Below, piece after piece: positions 27,669 through 36,692 of a DNA stretch of 64,000 nucleotides (position 1 is its first letter; every line of letters starts with the position of its first letter). The notes beneath the pieces were generated by a model. That model saw nothing but the letters and a program-made list of their open reading frames with translations. It ran no database searches and had not been told where the DNA came from. This stretch comes from Tepidisphaera sp. (GTDB taxonomy: Bacteria > Planctomycetota > Phycisphaerae > Phycisphaerales > UBA1924): positions 1,056,001 to 1,120,000 of the forward strand of contig CP051526.1 in the NCBI GenBank assembly GCA_050916045.1, written 5' to 3'. Both the position numbers and the translations under genes were made by a program.

Positions 27669-28376
27669 ATGGGTATTGTTCCAACGACACGTCTTGGCAA
27701 GATCGAGTTCTACGAAGCGCACATCGCGCCCTGGACCAGTAACGCCGCGGCCGTGGGGCTTTTGCCCGCGACCGTCACGGCCCTGGCCACCGCGACCACG
27801 CAGGCGAGGGCGGCGTTCAACGCCGCCGAAGCCGCGCGGCAGGCCGCCAAGACCGCCACGCAGAACTTCTACGACAAGGTGCGGGCCATGCACAACGGCC
27901 CCGGCGCGGGGCAGGACATGATCGACACCATCCGCCTCTACGCCGAGACCAAGAACGACCCCAACGTCTACACGCTCGCCCAGATCCCGCCCCCCGCGAC
28001 GCCGGGGACCACGCCGCCCCCGGGCACGCCGTACGAGTTCGCCGTCGGCCTGCTCCAGAACGGCGCGGTCGAGCTCAAGTGGAAATGCAACAACCCCAGC
28101 GGCACCTCGGGGACGATCTATGAAGTGATGCGGAAGACCGGATCGGGCGGATTCGTCTTCGTGGGGGGCACCGGCGTCCGGGTGTTCGTCGATGAGACGA
28201 TCCCCGCCGGCTCCGCGCCCGTGACGTACCAGATCACCGCCGTCCGCAGCACCACGCGCGGCAACCCCGCGCAGTTCACGGTGAACTTCGGGATCGGCGG
28301 GCCGACCCTGACCGTCGCGGGCGGGGCGGAAGGTGGTCTTGGTGGGGGGGCGAGCCCCGTCAAGATGGCGGCGTAA
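27669..28376 (+). CDS. Hypothetical protein, helical N-domain + Pro linker + FnIII-like C-domain (paralog of 32592-33287)
   Basis: SD GGAGA; IEFYEAH..W...AAVGL; VELKW, YEVMRK, FVDETIPAG, YQITAVR; ends KMAA; no signal peptide. Confidence 0.85.
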   Translation: MGIVPTTRLGKIEFYEAHIAPWTSNAAAVGLLPATVTALATATTQARAAFNAAEAARQAAKTATQNFYDKVRAMHNGPGAGQDMIDTIRLYAETKNDPNVYTLAQIPPPATPGTTPPPGTPYEFAVGLLQNGAVELKWKCNNPSGTSGTIYEVMRKTGSGGFVFVGGTGVRVFVDETIPAGSAPVTYQITAVRSTTRGNPAQFTVNFGIGGPTLTVAGGAEGGLGGGASPVKMAA

Positions 28377-28402
28377 ACCAAGCACACAACCCCGCAACCA
28401 CG

Positions 28403-28436
28403 AAGCGACCCGCCCCGGTGCGGGTCGCTTTCATTT
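28403..28436 (+). terminator. Rho-independent terminator
   Basis: aagcgacccgc-cccggt-gcgggtcgctt then tcattt. Confidence 0.7.
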
Positions 28437-28568
28437 CCCGCTATACCCCGCGTCTCCTCCCCCTTCTCCCCGTCTCCGGCACCATCCCGCGAGTCCATGT
28501 ATGCTTCGGACGCCACGCGCCCGACGACGGCGAGAAGCTCGCGCGCCGGCCCGCCGAGGAGGTACCCG

Positions 28569-29210
28569 ATGCCCTTTGATGAGATGGACTTTGCGTTCGC
28601 GACCCGTGTGTCAAATCTGGCTTCCAAGCACGTCCGTCGCGCGACCGAGCTCGACGCCGCGTGGCGCGATGTCGTCAAAGCCGCCCGCCCCGCGATCGGG
28701 CCCGCCCTCGCCAAAGCGGCTCTCGAACTGCCCATCGCCAGCGGTCTCGTGACCATCACCTCCGAGTTCGCCGCGCTGCTCGCCCGCGACAACGCCGGCC
28801 CCGCGAAGAAGGTCAACGGCCTCTGGTTCGGCCTCGCCGAGCTCTGCACGGACGACTCCGCCGAGAACACGGTCTGGATGCCGTACATCTGCGGGAGCGT
28901 CAAGTTCAACCCCAAGAACCACGACTGGCCCTGCAACCCCGCGTGGTTCCCCGAGGACCGCTGGGCGCCGAACGAACCGATGACGGCGCTCTCGCGGCTC
29001 CGCGACAAGCACGAGAAGCGGGCGTGGTACATCGACACCTGCCTGCTCGAGCCGCTTCATCAGCTTTATGTTGCCCACTTCGCCCGCGGCTGCCCGCCGG
29101 CGATCCTGCTCGGCAAGAGCAAGTCACGCGGGATCGGCTGCGGGTTCGACGATGGCGACCTGATGACGATCGGCGTGAGCGACGAGAAGGGGTTCAAGCC
29201 GGCCAAATGA
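28569..29210 (+). CDS. Hypothetical protein
   Basis: SD AGGAGG, native codon usage, C-terminal GFDDGD. Confidence 0.75.
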   Translation: MPFDEMDFAFATRVSNLASKHVRRATELDAAWRDVVKAARPAIGPALAKAALELPIASGLVTITSEFAALLARDNAGPAKKVNGLWFGLAELCTDDSAENTVWMPYICGSVKFNPKNHDWPCNPAWFPEDRWAPNEPMTALSRLRDKHEKRAWYIDTCLLEPLHQLYVAHFARGCPPAILLGKSKSRGIGCGFDDGDLMTIGVSDEKGFKPAK

Positions 29211-29306
29211 AACGGATGATCATCGCGGAATGATGAGCTCCGCCCGTTTTGGACGGTGCGTCTCCTCTGCCGGGACGCGTGGTCCGTCCGGCCGGAGGCA
29301 TTCATC

Positions 29307-29354
29307 ATGGCAAGCATCGTGGCAAGCATCAGGGCAAGCATCAGGGCAAGCGTC
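29307..29354 (+). repeat. 12-bp tandem repeat x4 at the gene start
   Basis: atggcaagcatc gtggcaagcatc agggcaagcatc agggcaagcgtc. Confidence 0.85.
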
Positions 29355-31085
29355 GTCGTTCGTCGGTCGGAGCTGCGGGAGCGGGTTCTTCGCCGCGGGC
29401 TCATCCTCCTCGCCACCCTCGCCGCCGCCGGCGGCATCGAAACCATCGGGCTCGGAAGCGGTCAGGGTTCGCAAGGGCGGTGGGGGGGATGGGGGCGGTG
29501 GGGCGTCGCGAGCGCCCAATGCTCAAACTGGTTCGGGGCGCGGCTTGAGGGGGAAAGCGTTCCGAACGCGTCCACTTCCGTCTCGGCGGACTTTGATCAG
29601 GACGGCTTCCCCGACATTGCGGTTCGGACGACGTTCAACGCTCCGGAAGCGGGCGTGTACATGCTCTGGGGCCTGGGTGAGGGTCGGTTCGAGCGGGCGG
29701 AACTGATCTGGGCGGGGCCCACGGCCGCGCTCGCGATGGGCGATCTGCGGGGTGACGGTCTGCCGGACTTGGTCGTCTCCAGCAACGGCCCGGTGCAGGT
29801 CTTCACGCTCGCGAACGCGGGCCCGCGCGAGTTTGCCGTGATGCCGGGAGTTTCGTTCACGCCCGCGAGCGTCTGCGTTGATCTCGCGGTGGGTGATGTC
29901 AACGGCGACGGCTTTGACGATGTGATCGGCCTGGACCGCAACAACGACCGCGTCGGCGTCTTCGTGGGGGATGGCGGCGGGCGGCTTACGGTTCCGGTGT
30001 CCACGACCATCACGATGACCTCTGCCTCGGCGATGGACACGCTCGCCGCCGGTGATCTCAACGGCGATGGTCGCGCGGACTGCGTGGTGGTCGATCGGTT
30101 CACCAACGGCGGTCAGACCCGACTGCACACGTTGGTCGCGGGCGCCGGGCCGCTCATACTCACCGGCACGCACACGCTCGCGCAGGTCGCCCCCGGCCCC
30201 GTGGGGCTTGGTGATGTGGATGGGGACCGGCACCTGGATGCGGTCATCAGCGTCGCGGGAGCTCAGCAGGCCGCCGCGGTCTTCCGCGGTCTGGGCAACG
30301 GCACGATCGCGGCCCCGGACTTCTTCCCGGGAATCGCCACGGTGCACGGGCGGCCGGTGATTCGCGATCTGGATCTGGATGGCGACACCGATGTCGCCAT
30401 GGGCAACAACGTCATCCGCGTCTGGCTCAACGATGGCTCGGGCCGGCTTGCGCCTCAGCCGGGGCTGGCGGGCAACGTCGGCGGGTTCGGCGTTCACGCC
30501 GGGCCCTTCATGAGCACCGATCGGCCCGACCTGGTGATCGTCGGCGGCGGGGCGAGCTCGCCCCGGCTGGCCGTCTTCCCCTCGGTCCCCGTCCCGTCGG
30601 TCGTCGAAGCCATTCAGGCCGTCGTCCCCGGCTGCCCGGGCGCGACCGTCTTCCCCGAGGTGCGAGCGACGCCGGACACCGACGCGAGGTACGAATGGCA
30701 GATCCGACGCGGCCGGCTCGGCTACGAAGCGATGATCGAAGGTGAGCCGCTCTTCACCGACAGCAACGAAGACATCGCGTTCGCCCGCAACGTCACCGAA
30801 CCGCGGCTCGCCCTGACCTTCGCGAACCGCTGCTGCCTGGTCGACCTCTCTTTCACGATCCGCTGCGTCGTGACGACCGCCTGCGGCACCACCGCGGGCC
30901 CCGACATCCTCATCACCCTCTGCCGCATCGATATGACCTGCGACGGCTTCGTCGACTTCTTCGACTACGACCAGTTCGTCCAGGACTACACCGACGGCGG
31001 CGAAGCGGCGGACTTCAACCGCGACGGCTTCCTGGACTTCTTCGACTACGACGACTTCGTCGCGGCTTTCGAGATCGGCTGCTGA
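29307..31085 (+). CDS. Secreted FG-GAP/VCBS-repeat protein with GC-type dockerin
   Basis: Repeated GDxNGDGxxD motifs; CDGFVDFFDYD...FEIGC; SD GGAGG. Confidence 0.88.
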   Translation: MASIVASIRASIRASVVVRRSELRERVLRRGLILLATLAAAGGIETIGLGSGQGSQGRWGGWGRWGVASAQCSNWFGARLEGESVPNASTSVSADFDQDGFPDIAVRTTFNAPEAGVYMLWGLGEGRFERAELIWAGPTAALAMGDLRGDGLPDLVVSSNGPVQVFTLANAGPREFAVMPGVSFTPASVCVDLAVGDVNGDGFDDVIGLDRNNDRVGVFVGDGGGRLTVPVSTTITMTSASAMDTLAAGDLNGDGRADCVVVDRFTNGGQTRLHTLVAGAGPLILTGTHTLAQVAPGPVGLGDVDGDRHLDAVISVAGAQQAAAVFRGLGNGTIAAPDFFPGIATVHGRPVIRDLDLDGDTDVAMGNNVIRVWLNDGSGRLAPQPGLAGNVGGFGVHAGPFMSTDRPDLVIVGGGASSPRLAVFPSVPVPSVVEAIQAVVPGCPGATVFPEVRATPDTDARYEWQIRRGRLGYEAMIEGEPLFTDSNEDIAFARNVTEPRLALTFANRCCLVDLSFTIRCVVTTACGTTAGPDILITLCRIDMTCDGFVDFFDYDQFVQDYTDGGEAADFNRDGFLDFFDYDDFVAAFEIGC

Positions 31086-31143
31086 GTCCTCCGCCAAACC
31101 AACCTTCACAACACGGCCGGGGCCATGCGACCGGCAACAACGA

Positions 31144-31180
31144 CGACGGCCGTCCCGGAGGGGACGGCCGTCGCTTGTTT
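31144..31180. terminator. Terminator between convergent genes
   Basis: cgacggccgtccc-ggag-gggacggccgtcg then cttgttt. Confidence 0.75.
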
Positions 31181-31198
31181 CGAGATTGTCAAAGCACT

Positions 31199-32455
31199 TT
31201 ACACCACCGCGGCACAGATCTTCGTCGCCGCGTCCGTCAGGTCCGCTCCGGCCTGAAGCGTCGGGAGCGAAGCTTTCGCCGACTCCAGCAGCGCCCGGCC
31301 CTCCTTGACGTTGGTCCCCTCAAGCCGCACGACCAGCGGCACCTTGAACCCGATCGAGCCATCGCGGTTCACGTGCTTCTTCGCCGCGTTGATGATCCCC
31401 TGCGCGATCACATCGCACTTCATGATCCCGCCGAAGATGTTGACCATGATCCCTTTGACCCGCCGGTCCGACAGGATGATGCTGAAAGCCTCGGTCACGG
31501 CTTCCTCGGTCGCCCCGCCGCCGACGTCCAGGAAGTTCGCCGGCTCGCCCCCGTGCAGCTTGATCACGTCCATCGTCGCCATCGCGAGGCCCGCCCCGTT
31601 GACCAGGCACCCGATGTTCCCGTCCAGAGGGACGTACGACAAGCCGAACTTGCGGGCCCGCATCTCGGCGGGGTTCTCTTCCGAGGGGTCAAACCACCCC
31701 TCGATCTGCTGCTGCCTGAACATCCCGTTGTCGTCGAAGCTGAACTTCGCGTCAATCGCGAGCACCTGACCATCCGGGAAGTCCTTGGAAGGCGGCGTGA
31801 TCACCAGCGGGTTGATCTCGGCGAGCGTGCAGTCCTTCTCGACGAAGACCTTCGCGAGCTTGACCATGATGTCCGCGGCCTGCCCGATCTGCTTGCCCTT
31901 GAGGCCAAGCTCGAAGGCGACCTTGCGGGCCTGATTCGGCAAGAGGCCCGCGATGGGGTGGAGGGGTTCCTTGATGATGGCTTCGGGGCGGTCGTGGGCG
32001 ATCTGCTCGATCTCAACCCCGCCCTCGCGGCTGGCGATCAGGATGTTGCGGCGTGTCTTGCGGTCGGTGGTGACGGCGAGGTAGAACTCTTCCTTGCCCG
32101 GCTTGCCGCCGCCGGTCGCCGGCCGATCCGCGATGTCCGCGGCCTGCGCGACGAGCACCTTGCGGACTTCCAATCCTTCGGGCGGGGTCTGGGGGGACCG
32201 CATGCGGTTGCTGAGCATGAACCGCACGGCTTCTTCGGCCTCGGCCGCGGACTTCACGAGCTTGACGAACCCGGCCTTGCCGCGTCCGCCGGCGTGGACC
32301 TGGGCCTTGACCACGGCCATGGGCGTCTGCATCGCGCTGACGGCGGTCTTGAAAGCGCCGACGGCCTGATCGACGTTGTCGACGGTCGTGCCCGCGGGCA
32401 CGGGGATCCCGGCTTGCTGAATGAGCTGACGGCCCTGGTATTCGTGGATCTTCAT
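31199..32455 (-). CDS. sucC: Succinyl-CoA synthetase beta subunit
   Basis: [56 protein letters not shown]. Confidence 0.97.
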   Translation of the reverse strand: MKIHEYQGRQLIQQAGIPVPAGTTVDNVDQAVGAFKTAVSAMQTPMAVVKAQVHAGGRGKAGFVKLVKSAAEAEEAVRFMLSNRMRSPQTPPEGLEVRKVLVAQAADIADRPATGGGKPGKEEFYLAVTTDRKTRRNILIASREGGVEIEQIAHDRPEAIIKEPLHPIAGLLPNQARKVAFELGLKGKQIGQAADIMVKLAKVFVEKDCTLAEINPLVITPPSKDFPDGQVLAIDAKFSFDDNGMFRQQQIEGWFDPSEENPAEMRARKFGLSYVPLDGNIGCLVNGAGLAMATMDVIKLHGGEPANFLDVGGGATEEAVTEAFSIILSDRRVKGIMVNIFGGIMKCDVIAQGIINAAKKHVNRDGSIGFKVPLVVRLEGTNVKEGRALLESAKASLPTLQAGADLTDAATKICAAVV

Positions 32456-32474
32456 GGCCGGAGGATAGGCGGGG

Positions 32475-32591
32475 GGGCAAATGGCCAAAGGGCCAAAGGG
32501 ACAAACGGCCAAAGGAAGAGGGGCTCCGGCGATGGCCGGGGCCCCTCTTCCTTCATGCCTTTCTTTGGCCCTTTGACCCTTTGGCGATTTC
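32475..32591. repeat. Inverted octamer tandem repeats (GGCCAAAG)n / (CTTTGGCC)n around a GC-rich hairpin
   Basis: 5 octamers on the left, 3-4 on the right, central ggaagaggggctccggc-gatg-gccggggcccctcttcc. Confidence 0.85.
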
Positions 32592-33287
32592 CTAAGCCGC
32601 GAGCCGGACGCTCGTAAACGTCGTCCCCTCGCCCAGGCCGAACTGCACCGTCACAGCATCGCTCGGTTCGCCGCTCCGGGTGCCGCGGAAGCCCTGCACG
32701 ATGTACTGGGCCCCCGAGGCGGCGGCGGAAGCGGGGACGGTCGAGTCGGTGAAGAACGCCCGGCGGGATTCGCTGGTGATCCCCGGGGCCCCGCCGATCC
32801 CGACAAAGCCGGCCGTCCCTGGCAGCTTGCGGGAGACGGTGAAGAACGTCCCGCTGCTCGCCGCCGCGTTCACCGCATCCCAGCTGAGCGTGACGCTCCC
32901 GTCGGGCTCCAGCGTGACGGAGAAGTTGGCGGGCTTGCCGGGCGCGGGAAGGGGCGTGGGCGGGGTGGGGGCGGGGATCTGCGCGGCGGCGTAGACGACG
33001 CTCGGGTTGGCCTGAAGCTCGGCGAAGGCCTTGATCTGCCGGATGAGGTCGGCGACCTGCCCGCGCATGATGCCGGCGGAGCTGTTGAGCGTGGTGGTGA
33101 ACGCCTTGCTCGCCTGCCGCGCCACCTGCGCATCGTTGAACGCCTTTCGGGCGTTGGCCGTCGCGGTGGTCAGGGCCGTGCACTGAAGAGCGTTCAAACC
33201 CACGGCCGCAGGTGCCGCCGACCACACGGGGTTGTGGGCTTCGCAGAACTCGATCTGCTGGATCACGGTTTCGGGAAGGATGGACAT
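32592..33287 (-). CDS. Hypothetical protein, helical N-domain + Pro linker + FnIII-like C-domain (paralog of 27669-28376)
   Basis: SD AAGGA; IEFCEAH..W...AAVGL; VTLSW, FTVSRK, FTDSTVPA, YIVQGFR; ends RLAA. Confidence 0.85.
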   Translation of the reverse strand: MSILPETVIQQIEFCEAHNPVWSAAPAAVGLNALQCTALTTATANARKAFNDAQVARQASKAFTTTLNSSAGIMRGQVADLIRQIKAFAELQANPSVVYAAAQIPAPTPPTPLPAPGKPANFSVTLEPDGSVTLSWDAVNAAASSGTFFTVSRKLPGTAGFVGIGGAPGITSESRRAFFTDSTVPASAAASGAQYIVQGFRGTRSGEPSDAVTVQFGLGEGTTFTSVRLAA

Positions 33288-33474
33288 TGTTAGATTTCCT
33301 TCAGCATGGCACACTCTTGAGCAGACCTATCTTGACAGGGTGCCAAGAAGGAAGTAGGCTGCTCGAAGAGTTCATGTCGGAACTCGGCGTATCGAAACAT
33401 CAGAAACGGAGCAGCCCATGAAACTTGAATCAAGAAAAGCGGCGATGGGTCTTGTCCAGGGCGGTTCTCGGAAC

Positions 33475-33684
33475 ATGCTTGCATCCTCCGTTCGTGCGGA
33501 GATCGCCTCCGTGCCCACGAAGGGAGCGCCGACGGCCGCGGAGATGATCTCCGTGCCCACGGAAGGAGCGCCCACGGCCACGGAGATGATCTCCGCTGGC
33601 ACGAAGAGAGCGCCCGTGCCCACGAAGACAACCTCCGTGCTCGCCAACGGAGCGTCCATGGGCACGAAGATCGTTCAAGCAGGC
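33475..33684. repeat. 21-nt-period tandem array (9-10 units, partly alternating as 42-nt dimers) with internal palindromes
   Basis: Units at 33496, 33517, 33538, 33559, 33580, 33601, 33622, 33643 and 33664, e.g. gcggagatgatctccgtgccc and acggaaggagcgcccacggcc. Confidence 0.85.
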
Positions 33685-35079
33685 CAAAACGGCCCCTCGA
33701 AGGCCACGCGTTTCGGTCGGGTGCCGGCCTTGGCCGCATGCCTGCTCTTCACGGTGGGGGCCGTCCGAGCCCAGTGCCTCAACCCGGTCCAGACCGCGCG
33801 GCTAACGCCTACGGACGCGATGCCGGGGGACCGGATGGGAGAAGTCCTTTCGGCGACCGATGAGATGTTCGCGGTGGGAGTGGGCGGCGACGACACCGTT
33901 GGCGGTGAGAACGCGGGCTCCGTCGTGGTCTTTCAGAGGACCAACGGTCAGTGGGTCTTCCACTCCCGGCTCACCGCCTCGGACGGTCGCGCGGGCGACC
34001 TCTTCGGAAACGCGGTAGCGATGACCGAGAGTGTTCTTGTCGTGGGCGCGTACGACGCCGACGGTCCCAACGGAACCACCGATGTCGGAAAGGCGTACGT
34101 CTTCGAACTTGAAAATAACGTCTGGGTTGAGAAGGCGATTCTGACCGCCGAGGACCCCGCAACGAACAGCTTTACGGGCAAAGCTGTCGCGGTGTCGGGC
34201 ACCACAGTCATGATGCACGAGAACATCAATACGGTCGCGGTCTTTGACCGGATCGGTGGCGTTTGGACCCGTACGCAGACGTTGGCACCTTCAAACACAA
34301 TCTTCTTCGGCGATTCAATCGTAGTTCGAGGCGAGACCGCGGCCATCGGCGACCCCGCTGGAGATACCCGCCCGGGAAGCGTTCTGGTTTACATCCGACA
34401 GAACGGTCAATGGGTCCTCCAGCATCGATTCATGGGTCCCGAAGTGGCCAACGGCAACTACTTTGGTGGAAGGGTGGACCTCGACGGGAACACCCTCGTC
34501 GTCGGGCAGGTCAAGGGGTGCACCAACTGCGAGTCGATCGGCAAAGCCTTTGTGTACACGCGGTCGACCTACGAGGGGCCATGGAGTCTCGAAGCTGTGT
34601 TGTCGATGCCCGAGACGCAGAACCGCGACCTGTTCGGCGAGTTCGTCGCGATCCGGGGCGATCTCGCCGTCGTGAGCGCTCGTCTGAGGAACGACCCGCC
34701 CGGAAACGAGTCGGGCGTCGCCCGCGTCTTCCAGCGATCGGGAGGCCTGTGGAACTACTGCGCCGCGTTGACACCCACGCCTCATGCGGCCGGTGACCGA
34801 TTTGGCGGCGCTCTTGCCTTGGTTGGCCGCGTGGCCATCGTGGGAGCGAGTCAATTCAGCGCTCCCCCCGCCGAAGGATACATGACCGTGATTGCCATCA
34901 CCCCCTGCCCCCCCGACTTCAACTGCGATGGCTTCCTCGACTTCTTCGACTACGACGCCTTCGTCGAGTGCTTCGAGACCGAGGTCTGCGGTGCGAACAC
35001 CGCCGACTTCAACGCCGACGGCTTCGTCGATTTCTTCGACTACGACGCCTTCGTCGCCGCCTTCGAAGCCGGCTGCTAG
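33658..35079 (+). CDS. Secreted FG-GAP (integrin-type) repeat protein with GC-type dockerin (start uncertain; ORF open from 33418)
   Basis: LTASDG..GDLFG.AVA..., GKAYVF repeats; signal peptide ending VRA-Q; DFNCDGFLDFFDYD...FEAGC. Confidence 0.88.
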   Translation: MGTKIVQAGQNGPSKATRFGRVPALAACLLFTVGAVRAQCLNPVQTARLTPTDAMPGDRMGEVLSATDEMFAVGVGGDDTVGGENAGSVVVFQRTNGQWVFHSRLTASDGRAGDLFGNAVAMTESVLVVGAYDADGPNGTTDVGKAYVFELENNVWVEKAILTAEDPATNSFTGKAVAVSGTTVMMHENINTVAVFDRIGGVWTRTQTLAPSNTIFFGDSIVVRGETAAIGDPAGDTRPGSVLVYIRQNGQWVLQHRFMGPEVANGNYFGGRVDLDGNTLVVGQVKGCTNCESIGKAFVYTRSTYEGPWSLEAVLSMPETQNRDLFGEFVAIRGDLAVVSARLRNDPPGNESGVARVFQRSGGLWNYCAALTPTPHAAGDRFGGALALVGRVAIVGASQFSAPPAEGYMTVIAITPCPPDFNCDGFLDFFDYDAFVECFETEVCGANTADFNADGFVDFFDYDAFVAAFEAGC

Positions 35080-35223
35080 AGCGGGCCGACCCGGCACGCA
35101 AAGCCCGCGGCCCGCGCACCGATCCCGCCGATCACGCTTGGCGCTGCCCCCGCCATCGGGTACGCTGCGCCGTTGTTCGATGACGGGTTCCGGTCCAAGG
35201 AATTTCGCGAAGGAGGGGTGGTC

Positions 35224-36654
35224 ATGTGTGCCAGGATGAAGAGCGATGGTCCGGCTCCCGGTATCGCGACGATGCACGCTTTCGCCCTGGCCTTGGCGGG
35301 CGCGGCCGGGCTGGTGATGCCCGGTGGAGAGGCACATGGGCAGCCGTGCGCGCGGATGGCGGACCTGACGCCGCTGGATGGGGGCTTGGATGCGCGGGGC
35401 TGGGAGTCCTCTGCGACTGCGGTGTCCGCGGACGGGCGCGTGGCGGTCGGGTTCGAGCGCCCCGGGGGCGGGATCGCCCGAGCCGTGCGGTGGACGTGGC
35501 CGGAGGTAGGAACGGGAGGGACGGGCGGCGGCGGGGGTGGGCACGCCCAGGACCTGGGCGCGATCGATGACCACAACCGATGGGCGCTCGGCGTCTCCGC
35601 CGACGGGAGCGTGGTCATGGGTCTGAACTTCGGGACCTTCGGCGGTCGCCGGAAGGGGTTCCGCTGGACCGCCGCGGGCGGGATGCGTGACATCGGGTCG
35701 CTCGGGGGGGATTTCTGCCAGCCCGAAGCCATGACGGCGGAAGGGAACGTGATCGTCGGGGGTTCAACGGATGCGGCGGGCCGGATCACGGCGTTCCGCT
35801 GGTCCATGAACGAGAGCGGCGGCGGCATGCAGAACCTTGGAACGGGGGCGGGTGTCCGGTCCGACGCGTTCGGCGTCTCCGCCGATGGCGCGGTGGTGGT
35901 GGGCCGCCTGACGTACGAGTCCGGCGCGACCGCGGCGGTGATCTGGAACGCGGCGGGGGAGATGCGGGTGCTCGGCACGCTCGGGGGCGTCACCGGCAGC
36001 GCGAACGCGATCTCGGCGGATGGGAGCGTCGTCGTCGGGACCACCACGCTCGCGGACGGGCAGATCCGAGCGTTCCGATGGACCGATCAGGCCGGCATGG
36101 CCGATCTCGGCACGCTCGGCGGGAACAACTCCCGGGGCGTGAAGATCAGCGCGGACGGCCTCGTGCTCGCCGGCACCGCGAGGAACAGCGGCGGCTTCGA
36201 GCGGGCCTATCGATGGACGGAGACGGGGGGCATGGAGGACCTTGGGGCGCTCGACGGTTCATCGTCCACCGTGCGGGGGATGTCGGCGGACGGCCGCACG
36301 ATCGTGGGCCAGGCGCGCGTGGCCAGTAGCGAGATCCATGCTTTCCGCTGGACGCGCGAGACCGGCATGATCGACCTGGGCATGCTGCCGCCCTTCGGGG
36401 GCCGTGAGCCCTCGTCGACGGGCTTGGCGGTCTCCGCCGACGGCGCGGTCGTCGTCGGATCTTCCCGGAGCCACGCGTTCCGCTGGGCGCCCGTGACCGC
36501 CGACTTCAACCGGGACGGCATCACGGACCTCTTCGACTATGGCGACTTCGTCGCCGCTTTCGAAGACGGAACGGCGGCCGACTTCAACGCCGACGGCTTC
36601 GTCGACTTCTTCGACTTTGGCGACTTCGTCGCCGCCTTCGAAGCCGGGTGCTGA
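35224..36654 (+). CDS. Secreted HAF-repeat protein with GC-type dockerin
   Basis: Repeated VSADGxVVVG...AFRWT...GMxDLGTL; ADFNADGFVDFFDF...FEAGC. Confidence 0.9.
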   Translation: MCARMKSDGPAPGIATMHAFALALAGAAGLVMPGGEAHGQPCARMADLTPLDGGLDARGWESSATAVSADGRVAVGFERPGGGIARAVRWTWPEVGTGGTGGGGGGHAQDLGAIDDHNRWALGVSADGSVVMGLNFGTFGGRRKGFRWTAAGGMRDIGSLGGDFCQPEAMTAEGNVIVGGSTDAAGRITAFRWSMNESGGGMQNLGTGAGVRSDAFGVSADGAVVVGRLTYESGATAAVIWNAAGEMRVLGTLGGVTGSANAISADGSVVVGTTTLADGQIRAFRWTDQAGMADLGTLGGNNSRGVKISADGLVLAGTARNSGGFERAYRWTETGGMEDLGALDGSSSTVRGMSADGRTIVGQARVASSEIHAFRWTRETGMIDLGMLPPFGGREPSSTGLAVSADGAVVVGSSRSHAFRWAPVTADFNRDGITDLFDYGDFVAAFEDGTAADFNADGFVDFFDFGDFVAAFEAGC

Positions 36655-36692
36655 GGGGGTTGGCTCGGGCCCGCGGCCTCCGCGCTCGCTTC

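Noticed and set aside
27669..33287. Composite transposon or invertible segment bounded by the inverted paralogs
   Set aside because: The paralogs are too diverged, no recombinase or terminal repeats are seen, and the interval contains housekeeping sucC.
18110..36654. Dockerin-tail repeats as a diversity-generating retroelement TR/VR pair
   Set aside because: All copies are coding, the differences are not adenine-specific, and there is no reverse transcriptase in the window.
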